DNA from: Poseidonia sp.
GTDB taxonomy: Archaea > Thermoplasmatota > Poseidoniia > Poseidoniales > Poseidoniaceae
Assembly (NCBI GenBank): GCA_965661285.1
Contig: CBFIDD010000001.1
Coordinates: 224,001-288,000, forward strand
Direction of reading: 5' to 3'
Length of the DNA: 64,000 nucleotides
Below, piece by piece: positions 10,213-18,770 of the stretch. Position 1 is the stretch's first letter. The number at the start of each line of letters is the position of its first letter. The notes under the pieces were generated by a model. The model was not told the origin of the DNA. It made no database searches and saw only the letters and a program-made list of their open reading frames with translations. The position numbers and the translations under genes were made by a program.

Positions 10213-11976
10213 ATGGTTGAATCGTCCGAGCCACGCTGGTTGGTCTTGGACGGCTACGAAGACGAACCCGCTGCCTTCGGTGTTCCCCCCTACGTTGGCT
10301 TCCATGTCCGCTATGTTTGTGGGGTGCTGGAATCCGCCGGCCTTGACTACGAATACCTGACCGTGGACCGTTATCGCCAAGCCCTGAAGTCCGACCCCGA
10401 GTCGATCGCCAAGCGCCTGAAGGATTGCCTCGGCGTGGTGTGCCTTGCCGGTGCGGTGGTCCCTGGAAAATACCTGCGGGGCACCCCCATTTCACTCAAA
10501 GAAACGCAGACGCTGATACGAAGTCTACCCCATGGCACGCCGGCCCTGTTTGGCGGATGGGCCATTCGTGGCTGGAAGCAGCAGGGCTGGACACCGCTTC
10601 GACCCAACCTTTTCCTCGCCGTTCAGGACACGGATGCCACTCTTGCACACTTCCTCGAAAAGGGGGAGTGGAAACACCAGCGCAGGACGGCCGAGCAATG
10701 GACGGCGTGGGCCCAAGCCGGTGCTGCAAGCAAAGCAGTGAGCGACCATCCCGACCTCGGAAGCGAATCGCAGGCCGGTCCGCTGACCTACGAAGTGGAG
10801 GTCTACCAGGGCTGTGTTCGCTACAAGCGAGGGTGCAAATTCTGCATTGAGCCGAAAAAAGGCGTCCCGATTTGGCGGACGCCAGAGGACATCATCCAGG
10901 AGGTTCGCATCGCCCACAACGCCGGCGTGCACCATGTCCGCCTCGGCGGCATGACCGACACCTACACATACATGGCCGATGGCGTGCGCGAGTTGGAATA
11001 CCCCGTGCCAAATCCTGAACCGATTGCGAAGTTGCTTCACGGGCTTCGTGAGGACGAGCGGCTCGGTATCCTCCACACCGATAACGGCAACCCGTCCATC
11101 ATCGCAGAGAACATGGAGCCATCTGAGGAAATCACGAAGACGCTCGTTGAAACGTTGTCCGACGGCGCCGTCCTCTCCTTCGGTTTGGAATCAGCCGACC
11201 CGAGCGTTCACGAGGCCAACTGGCTCAACTGCGACCCCACCCAACTCAAGACGGCGATTCGCCTCATCAACAAATACGGTAGCGTGCGTGGCGAGCGAGG
11301 CCTGCCCAAACTGCTGCCCGGACTCAACTTCATCGCCGGCCTGTACGGCGAAACCGAAGCGACCTACGGCATGAACATGGACTTGCTTCGAGACATCCGC
11401 AGCGAAGGCTTGCTGCTTCGCCGCATCAACATCCGCCAAGTAGAGGGCGAAGGCTTCCAAGAGGTCCCGTCAAACGCCTTTGCTTCGTTCAAGACCGCTT
11501 GCAGGGACGAGATCGACAAGCCGCTTCTCGAAGAATTGTTCCCGCTGGGCCAGGTGATTCATGACGTCCACTGGGAGTCCCACGACGGGCGAACCCGCTT
11601 GCCGGTTCATGAAACGGACCTCCATCGCGCCCCGGAGGTTCACGGGAAGGCCGGCATCACCTTTGGACGGCAAATCGGGGCCTACCCCATTCTGGTGGGC
11701 GTGGAATACAAGATTCCGCTCGAGACCCAGTCCAGCGTGATGATCACCGGCCATGGCGCCCGTTCCATCACCGGCGTGGAGGTGGGGCTGAGCATGGACA
11801 CCATCACCCAAAAACAACTTGAGGCCATTCCCGGAATCGGGAAAAAAACGGCATGGAATCTGATCAGTTCTCGGGCAAAGGCGAAATCGAAAGGACGAAA
11901 TCTGTCGCTGGAGGCATGGCTGGGAGGGGAATGTTCCGCCCATAACGAGGAATGGATACGGCGGATTATCAGTTGA
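10213..11976 (+). CDS. Radical SAM protein with C-terminal helix-hairpin-helix (COG1031-like)
   Basis: LDGYEDEPAAFGVPPY, GCxxxxxxCKFC, LEAIPGIGKK. Confidence 0.85.
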   Translation: MVESSEPRWLVLDGYEDEPAAFGVPPYVGFHVRYVCGVLESAGLDYEYLTVDRYRQALKSDPESIAKRLKDCLGVVCLAGAVVPGKYLRGTPISLKETQTLIRSLPHGTPALFGGWAIRGWKQQGWTPLRPNLFLAVQDTDATLAHFLEKGEWKHQRRTAEQWTAWAQAGAASKAVSDHPDLGSESQAGPLTYEVEVYQGCVRYKRGCKFCIEPKKGVPIWRTPEDIIQEVRIAHNAGVHHVRLGGMTDTYTYMADGVRELEYPVPNPEPIAKLLHGLREDERLGILHTDNGNPSIIAENMEPSEEITKTLVETLSDGAVLSFGLESADPSVHEANWLNCDPTQLKTAIRLINKYGSVRGERGLPKLLPGLNFIAGLYGETEATYGMNMDLLRDIRSEGLLLRRINIRQVEGEGFQEVPSNAFASFKTACRDEIDKPLLEELFPLGQVIHDVHWESHDGRTRLPVHETDLHRAPEVHGKAGITFGRQIGAYPILVGVEYKIPLETQSSVMITGHGARSITGVEVGLSMDTITQKQLEAIPGIGKKTAWNLISSRAKAKSKGRNLSLEAWLGGECSAHNEEWIRRIIS

Positions 11977-12007
11977 GTTTAAAAAAACAACATTCTCCCC
12001 CTCAAAC

Positions 12008-15000
12008 ATGAGAACCAGAGTTTTTGCCTTGGTGGCCTTGTTGTTGCTCACGTCACTGTCAGCCGTTCTTGACCAGCGTTCACCGTTCGTCCTTGACCAA
12101 GATAAGGTGTCAATGGAGTCCGGAAACAACAGCACGGGATGTGGGTACAACACCACCTACTTTTCGGTCTATGGCTCCTATGCCCCCTTCCCAGTCTACG
12201 ATGGTGATACCCTCAACACAACCGTTTCAACCAGCTGCAACATGCTGAACCAAACCATGACGGCCTCCTACGGTCTCTCGAACTCGACCACCTACCTTGC
12301 CAGTGGTAACTGGAGTTGGACAGCGACGACTCTCAGTGATAACCTCTCGTTTGAGGTGGCCAACATCCCTGCGGGGACCTATGTTCTCACGGTAGACGTT
12401 TACTACGGTTCGAATTATACCTCCCTGACGAGTTACAACACCACCATCACCGTGTTGACAAGTAACAACAGCGGGGGGGGCACCGGTTGTGGGTATGATG
12501 TGAACAACACCATGCTGATGGCGTACGCTGGGATGTACATGTACGACAACGACCCGTTCACCTCCTGGATCAGCACCTCTTGCGATCTCATCGGCACCCC
12601 GATGCTTATCACGGTGAACATCACGAACACATCGGGCACCATGGCCTCGACCAACTTCACCTACAATGGTTCAACCACCGGCTTCAGCGGCAACTTCAAC
12701 CTGTCCGCTGGCACCTTGAGTGCGGGTAACTACTCCTTCGCAGCCTCGCTATACTATTACCACAACACATCTGGATGGACTCATGTTGAAACGGACAGCA
12801 CCACCATCACGGTGTTGGCGTACACCTCTACCTCCTGCGGATTCCAAGCCTCCTCGGCCAGCGTCTTCGCCTACTCCACTTACGGCGGCTACGATGTCGG
12901 TGAAGACTTCGAAGGTGTCATCGCAACCTACTGTGCCATCTACAACGCCACCATGATGCTCGACTGGACGCTTCATGACGATGATAACAACCAGTCCGTT
13001 GACTCAGGCACCTACAATTGGACAGCACAGCAAACTCAGGAAGTGCACTATGTCAACTCAACTGCGCTCTCGACTGCTACAGTTGGCAACTATTCCTTCC
13101 ACGTTGAGTATTCCTGGTATAACAACTCCTCGATGAGCGTTGAGGTATTGGACACAGACAGCGACAGCTTCTGGGTCTACAACTACACCAGCGGTGGCGG
13201 CAACCAATCCAGCGGTTGTGGCAGCGACCCCGTGCATGCAACAGTCTATGCGTACTCCGACTTCTACGCCTACGACCTCGGCGAGGATTTCGACGGAACC
13301 ATCTCCACGTACTGTGCCATGACCAACGAAAGCATGATGCTTGATTGGGTGCTTTACGACGATGACAACAACCAATCCATCGATTCGGGTTCCTTTAACT
13401 GGACGGCCCAGCTAACCAGTGAGCAGCACAATGTTACGTCCACTTCGCTTGCCACGGCTGCAGAAGGAAACTACTCCTTCACCGTTGAATTTTCCTGGTA
13501 CAACACCTCGTCAATGGCCTGGGAGGTGCTCGATAGCGACACTGACGGCTTCTTTGTGATGAACATGAGCAGCGGTGGCGGCAACCACAGCAGCGGTCCT
13601 TCCTGCTCCGTTTACGCATGGTCCGACTATTACTGGTTCTCCGTTGGAGACAATTTTACCGGTGAAGTGGACTCGTATTGTTCCTTGACCAACGAGACGC
13701 TGATGATCGAGTGGGCCATCCTCAACACCGTCACCAACATGACGGTGGATGCAGGAAACATAAGCTGGACCACCACCATGTTCTCCGAGACGCAAAACGT
13801 CTCCTCCACGGCTCTCGCCAACCAAAACGCTGGCAACTACTCCTTCGCAGTCATGCTCTCGTGGTACAACACCTCGTCAATGGCATGGGAACTTCTTGAC
13901 AGCGACAGTGATCCGTTCTCCATCTACAGCGGGAGCACCGGCGGTGGCGGCAACCACAGCACAGGATGTGGAAGCGACCTTGCCTACACCATGGTGATGG
14001 CCTACGCGTCCTCCTCCTACAACGTCGGCGACACCCTCTATGGCGCCATCGACACCTACTGCCCGGTCAGCGGTGAAGCCTTCATGGTGGACTGGTCGGT
14101 TTATTCGTGGGACGCCGGTTACAACCTGACCCAAAGTACCTTTTTGTGGACGGCCAACAACAGCACCCACTACCACAATGTCGAAGTCACCAACCTGTCA
14201 GAAGGCAACTGGTCCCTCATTGCAACCCTGTACCACTACAACACCTCGAGCATGAGCTATGACGGAATTGACCAATCCATGGCAAACTTCTCGGTGTTCA
14301 ACACAACGCAACCCTCCATCGACGGGGTTGTGGCGGCTAGCATGACAGAATCGAATTACGCCAGCGGCGACACCGTTTCGTGGTTCATCGAAAGTTCCGA
14401 ACTTGTCATGGGCGAGGACTACCACCTCGAGTGGGCCGTCGTTGAAATCATGAGCAACACCACCGTTGCTACTGGCAACGCTTCGTGGACTGCCTACAAC
14501 AACATGAGTGGCGAACAAGGCAACCTTTCCGGTCTTTCCGATGGCATGTACTGCCTCGATGCTTCCCTGTACCAGCAGGTGGACACATACGCCTACTGGG
14601 TGGACTACGACTACGCTTGCTTCAACGTGGGCAGCAGCACCTCCGGTAATCACAGCGACGCCTTCATGAACATCGACTTCGACTACCAGATCACTCAAAT
14701 TGATGACGACACCATCGGTCTCACTTACACCGTCAACAACTCAGGTGACTGGGCGGGCAACTTCTACTACCAAGCCTATCTGAACCCTGGCGATATCATC
14801 GTTGACCACGTTTATGGCAACGTGAGCATCAATGGCATGGGCGTCCACACCGACAGCGTGACCTACGACATCGACGAACTTACGGACGGTGCAGAGGTTT
14901 GCATTGAAATGGCCTTTGTGAACATCAACGGCACCACGGAAGCAGAAGGCAACGAGTGCCTCACCATCGACATCGATAATGGCTCCAATACAGGCAATGA

Positions 15001-15664
15001 AACCGGCAACAACACCGGCGGAAACACCACCATCGACACCGACGGCGACGGCGTGTTCGACCAAGACGACCTCTGCCCCAACACCGCTGCTGGCGTGATG
15101 GTCGACGAGGACGGTTGCGAGGTCATTACGGCCCCAACCGATAATGACGGCGACGGCGTTATGGACGCTGATGATCTCTGTCCCAACACCCCTGCCGGCA
15201 CCACGGTGGACGCCACGGGGTGCGAGGTCGTTGACCCTGTGGACAACAACACGGACAACAACACCGGCAACACCAACGTTGCACCGAGCATCACCAACGT
15301 ATCGATCACCCCCCTCCTGCCGGAGATGGGCGACACCCTGACCTGCGCCTTCACGGCCAGCGACGACAACGGCGATACGCTCGCTGGCACCTATGTGTGG
15401 ACCGTGAACGGTACCATTGTAGCCGAACTTTCCAACACACTAAGCGATGGCTTCGATGTTGGCGACACTGTCACCTGCACGGTCTTGGTCACCGACGGAA
15501 CGAATTCCACCGAAGGAACGGCGACCACCGTCATCTTGCCCGCAGGCACCAACGATATTGTTGATGACCTCGAAGAGGGCGGCCTGCTGCCCTCGGTAGG
15601 CACCATCGGTACGCTCGTGGCCATCGCCTTCGGTGTTGGTCTGACCCGCCGCCAGGACGACTGA
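12008..15664 (+). CDS. Large secreted/surface glycoprotein with internal repeats and TSP3-like Ca-binding repeats
   Basis: Signal peptide; ~130-aa repeats (GCG...YAYS...TYC); DTDGDGVFDQDDLCPNT; C-terminal LPSVG-TM-RR anchor. Confidence 0.85.
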   Translation: MRTRVFALVALLLLTSLSAVLDQRSPFVLDQDKVSMESGNNSTGCGYNTTYFSVYGSYAPFPVYDGDTLNTTVSTSCNMLNQTMTASYGLSNSTTYLASGNWSWTATTLSDNLSFEVANIPAGTYVLTVDVYYGSNYTSLTSYNTTITVLTSNNSGGGTGCGYDVNNTMLMAYAGMYMYDNDPFTSWISTSCDLIGTPMLITVNITNTSGTMASTNFTYNGSTTGFSGNFNLSAGTLSAGNYSFAASLYYYHNTSGWTHVETDSTTITVLAYTSTSCGFQASSASVFAYSTYGGYDVGEDFEGVIATYCAIYNATMMLDWTLHDDDNNQSVDSGTYNWTAQQTQEVHYVNSTALSTATVGNYSFHVEYSWYNNSSMSVEVLDTDSDSFWVYNYTSGGGNQSSGCGSDPVHATVYAYSDFYAYDLGEDFDGTISTYCAMTNESMMLDWVLYDDDNNQSIDSGSFNWTAQLTSEQHNVTSTSLATAAEGNYSFTVEFSWYNTSSMAWEVLDSDTDGFFVMNMSSGGGNHSSGPSCSVYAWSDYYWFSVGDNFTGEVDSYCSLTNETLMIEWAILNTVTNMTVDAGNISWTTTMFSETQNVSSTALANQNAGNYSFAVMLSWYNTSSMAWELLDSDSDPFSIYSGSTGGGGNHSTGCGSDLAYTMVMAYASSSYNVGDTLYGAIDTYCPVSGEAFMVDWSVYSWDAGYNLTQSTFLWTANNSTHYHNVEVTNLSEGNWSLIATLYHYNTSSMSYDGIDQSMANFSVFNTTQPSIDGVVAASMTESNYASGDTVSWFIESSELVMGEDYHLEWAVVEIMSNTTVATGNASWTAYNNMSGEQGNLSGLSDGMYCLDASLYQQVDTYAYWVDYDYACFNVGSSTSGNHSDAFMNIDFDYQITQIDDDTIGLTYTVNNSGDWAGNFYYQAYLNPGDIIVDHVYGNVSINGMGVHTDSVTYDIDELTDGAEVCIEMAFVNINGTTEAEGNECLTIDIDNGSNTGNETGNNTGGNTTIDTDGDGVFDQDDLCPNTAAGVMVDEDGCEVITAPTDNDGDGVMDADDLCPNTPAGTTVDATGCEVVDPVDNNTDNNTGNTNVAPSITNVSITPLLPEMGDTLTCAFTASDDNGDTLAGTYVWTVNGTIVAELSNTLSDGFDVGDTVTCTVLVTDGTNSTEGTATTVILPAGTNDIVDDLEEGGLLPSVGTIGTLVAIAFGVGLTRRQDD

Positions 15665-15699
15665 GCAAGCACTATCAGGCCCCTCCGCAAGGAACGGGC

Positions 15700-16467
15700 G
15701 TGAACACGGTGGACCAACTCAAGCAGGCGGCACGCCGCTTGTCGGCAGCGTGCGACAAAGCCATCGCTGGGCTCGAAGCTTCAGGTGCGGTCGCTCACGC
15801 CACCAACCCGCTCAACTATGCGTGGGCGCACCACGAACAATACCTCGAACAGTGGGGCGGACGGGGTGCCACCACCCTGCTGCTGGGCATGAATCCCGGG
15901 CCGTGGGGCATGGCACAGACGGGCGTGCCCTTTGGGGCGACACAGGTGGCGAAAGATTTCCTTCGCATCGAAGGGCGGCAACTCAGCACGCCGGCGAACG
16001 CCCATCCCAAGCGACCCATCGTTGGCTTGGGCCTTGAACGTCAGGAAGTCTCAGGAACACGACTGTGGAACCTCATGGAGGAATTGTACGGTAGCCCAGA
16101 GGCGACCTTTGCCAACCTGTTTGTCGTCAACCACTGCCCGCTCTTGTTGCTGGGTGACCGCGGCCAGAACATCACGCCGGACAACCTTCCCAAAGGGCTG
16201 ATTGAACCGGTGCTGGAAGCCTGCGACGACCACCTTCGAGAGGTCGTTGAGGTGATGGGCATCACCCGCATTGTCGGGGTTGGCAAGTACGCCGAAAAGC
16301 GTGCTCGGATGGCCTTCAACGCCGGAAAAAAAGGGCCAGGAACGACCAGCAGCGGGCGGGAGATCGAGATCACCACCTGCTGGCATCCAAGTCCGGCCAG
16401 CCCGCTGGCGAACCGAAACGACGGGGCCGACTGGCGCGAAAATGTTCGAAACGTCCTCATCGGCTAA
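15700..16467 (+). CDS. SMUG1-family uracil-DNA glycosylase
   Basis: GMNPGPWGMAQTGVPFG, EVSGTRLW, HPSPASP. Confidence 0.9.
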   Translation: MNTVDQLKQAARRLSAACDKAIAGLEASGAVAHATNPLNYAWAHHEQYLEQWGGRGATTLLLGMNPGPWGMAQTGVPFGATQVAKDFLRIEGRQLSTPANAHPKRPIVGLGLERQEVSGTRLWNLMEELYGSPEATFANLFVVNHCPLLLLGDRGQNITPDNLPKGLIEPVLEACDDHLREVVEVMGITRIVGVGKYAEKRARMAFNAGKKGPGTTSSGREIEITTCWHPSPASPLANRNDGADWRENVRNVLIG

Positions 16468-16507
16468 CGGGGTGATGTTCAAATGCTCAACCCGACACTC
16501 AAGGCGC

Positions 16508-18415
16508 ATGGAACCCTTTGAACTTGCATGGGAACGCCAGCCCGACGACCGACAGTGGGAAAAGCCCGAAGGCGACGACCCCCGAACACTCTACCAGATG
16601 TTGATGACCAGCGTGGACCGCTTTGGCGACCTCAACTGCTTTGGCTATATCCCCGAAGCTGGCATGCCCCGAACCCACATGTCCTACACCGAATTTGGCG
16701 GCCTCGCCACCGCCGTGGGCAAGCAACTCGCTGCTGTTGGCATCAAGACCGGCGACCGCGTGGCCCTGATTCTCAACAATTCCGTGGAATGGGCTGCGCT
16801 CTCCTACGGTGCCAACGGCATCGGTGCTGCTTACACCGCCATGTACACCCACCAGCACGGCAGCGAATGGGCCTACATCCTTAACGATTCAACCCCTGCA
16901 CTGCTCGCTGTGGCTGACACCGGTGTGCTCGACAAACTGGTTGAGCACATGCCAAAGGAAGCGAGTGGATGGCCAGCGTGCGGCGTGCTGCTGCTCGGCA
17001 GCGAACCTGCCAACGAACTTCCCCCCGAAGGTGTCACCGTTCATGCGTGGACCGAATTTGTTGCCGCCGGTCGAGAAGCCGAGATGTTTGAAATCGCTGA
17101 CGACCCGTTTGCGCTCAACACGCTGATTTACACCTCCGGTACGACGGGCAACCCCAAGGGTGTCATGCTCTCCAACTGGAACACGTTGTCCAACATCCTG
17201 TGCGTGCAGTCAGCCTTCACCATCTATGTGGGCGACAAGAACGCCGCGTTCCTGCCCTGGGCACACTCCTTTGGGTCCACCTTTGACCTGCACTGGATGA
17301 TTCGCTGTGGTGTGCACATCAACCTGATCTCTGACTTGACCAAGATCGCCGACGAGTGTATCGAGATCAAGCCCGCCGTCTTGCTGGCCGTCCCCCGTGT
17401 TTGGAACAAGTTCTACGACCGTGTGAACGCTCAGTTTGAATCTGCGACCGGCCTCAAGAAGGTCTTCATCAAGAATGCTCAGAAGTCCGCCGCCAAGCGC
17501 ATCGCCAAGGCCGGTGTGGAATGCGACAAAGTGCCACCCAGTGGTTTCTTCGACAAGCTGTGGGACAAGCTGGTGTGGTCCAAGGTCCGTGCTCGATTCG
17601 GTGGCAACATCCGCTTCTGCATGTCCGGTGCTGCCGCCCTTTCCCCCGATGTGGCTGCCTTCATCCAGATGGTCGGCTTCAACTGCTACGAAGGCTACGG
17701 TTTGACCGAAACCTCCCCGCTCGTGTCCGCCAACGGCTGGTCTGGACCCGGAACCAGCCGCCTGAACACCGTCGGCAAGGTTGCCAACGGCGTGAAGGTC
17801 ACCATCGACACGGATGCTTGGGACGACCCTGAGCGCCCCGACGAGGGTGAAATCGTGGTCACGGGCCCCAACGTCATGATGGGCTACTGGAACAACGAGG
17901 AAGCCACCAAGGAAGTCATCATCGAACCTGGCACCTTCCGTACCGGTGACCTTGGCAAGTTGACCAACGGCTACCTCTCCATCACCGGTCGCGTGAAGTC
18001 GCAGTTCAAGTTGGAGAACGGCAAGTACGTCGCGCCCTCCGGCCTTGAAGAGACCATCACCCTCAACCCGCTGGTGGAGCAGTGCGTCCTCGACGGCCGA
18101 AACATGCTGAACACCTTCCTCATCGCCCACCCGAACATGGAAGCCCTCCGTGCCGCCCTCAAAGGCGCTGGCAAGGACGCCTCGGGCGACGATGCCGCAC
18201 TCTGTGCCAGCTCTGAAGTACGAACCTTCGTACTTGAGGACCTCAAGAAGAACAACATGGTTGCTCCCGACTGGAAGGGCTACGAGGTCGCCAAGACCCT
18301 CATCCTCGACCCCGAGGAGTGGACCACCGACAACGAGATGCTTACGCCCTCGTTCAAGGTCAAGTTGCGCAACCTGCTCGCCAAGCACGAAGACGAAATC
18401 AAGGCTATCGCTTGA
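16508..18415 (+). CDS. Long-chain fatty acid-CoA ligase
   Basis: YTSGTTGNPKG AMP-binding motif, EGYGLTET, FRTGDLG, LTPSFK. Confidence 0.9.
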   Translation: MEPFELAWERQPDDRQWEKPEGDDPRTLYQMLMTSVDRFGDLNCFGYIPEAGMPRTHMSYTEFGGLATAVGKQLAAVGIKTGDRVALILNNSVEWAALSYGANGIGAAYTAMYTHQHGSEWAYILNDSTPALLAVADTGVLDKLVEHMPKEASGWPACGVLLLGSEPANELPPEGVTVHAWTEFVAAGREAEMFEIADDPFALNTLIYTSGTTGNPKGVMLSNWNTLSNILCVQSAFTIYVGDKNAAFLPWAHSFGSTFDLHWMIRCGVHINLISDLTKIADECIEIKPAVLLAVPRVWNKFYDRVNAQFESATGLKKVFIKNAQKSAAKRIAKAGVECDKVPPSGFFDKLWDKLVWSKVRARFGGNIRFCMSGAAALSPDVAAFIQMVGFNCYEGYGLTETSPLVSANGWSGPGTSRLNTVGKVANGVKVTIDTDAWDDPERPDEGEIVVTGPNVMMGYWNNEEATKEVIIEPGTFRTGDLGKLTNGYLSITGRVKSQFKLENGKYVAPSGLEETITLNPLVEQCVLDGRNMLNTFLIAHPNMEALRAALKGAGKDASGDDAALCASSEVRTFVLEDLKKNNMVAPDWKGYEVAKTLILDPEEWTTDNEMLTPSFKVKLRNLLAKHEDEIKAIA

Positions 18416-18448
18416 GGCGTTTATATCCCCTCGAACGCTCATAATTTC

Positions 18449-18754
18449 ATGAGCAACAACAGCGATGGAGGCAGGACGCCCGAAGCCCTTCGGGCACGCT
18501 TTGAACCCCACCTCATGGAAACCTTTCACGAGCAGCGCGTGCTGTTTGAGGAAGGCCGCATACGCCTTCATGCCACCGCCAGATTGGAATGCGATGCGTG
18601 GGGCGTGAGTGTGCGCCTTGAGCCCGAAACCGATCGAGATCCGTTCACCGTCTCGGGCGCTTGGGAAATCCTCTCGGTGTGGAAGAACCGGCTGGGTGCG
18701 GCTTACGTGAGTTGGGGTATTTCGTTGCCTGAGGACGAAGAAACAGACCCTTGA
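18449..18754 (+). CDS. Hypothetical protein
   Basis: Fills intergenic gap; TTTATA about 25 nt upstream of ATG (leaderless pattern). Confidence 0.6.
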   Translation: MSNNSDGGRTPEALRARFEPHLMETFHEQRVLFEEGRIRLHATARLECDAWGVSVRLEPETDRDPFTVSGAWEILSVWKNRLGAAYVSWGISLPEDEETDP

Positions 18755-18770
18755 ACAGGGTGCTCAGGCA

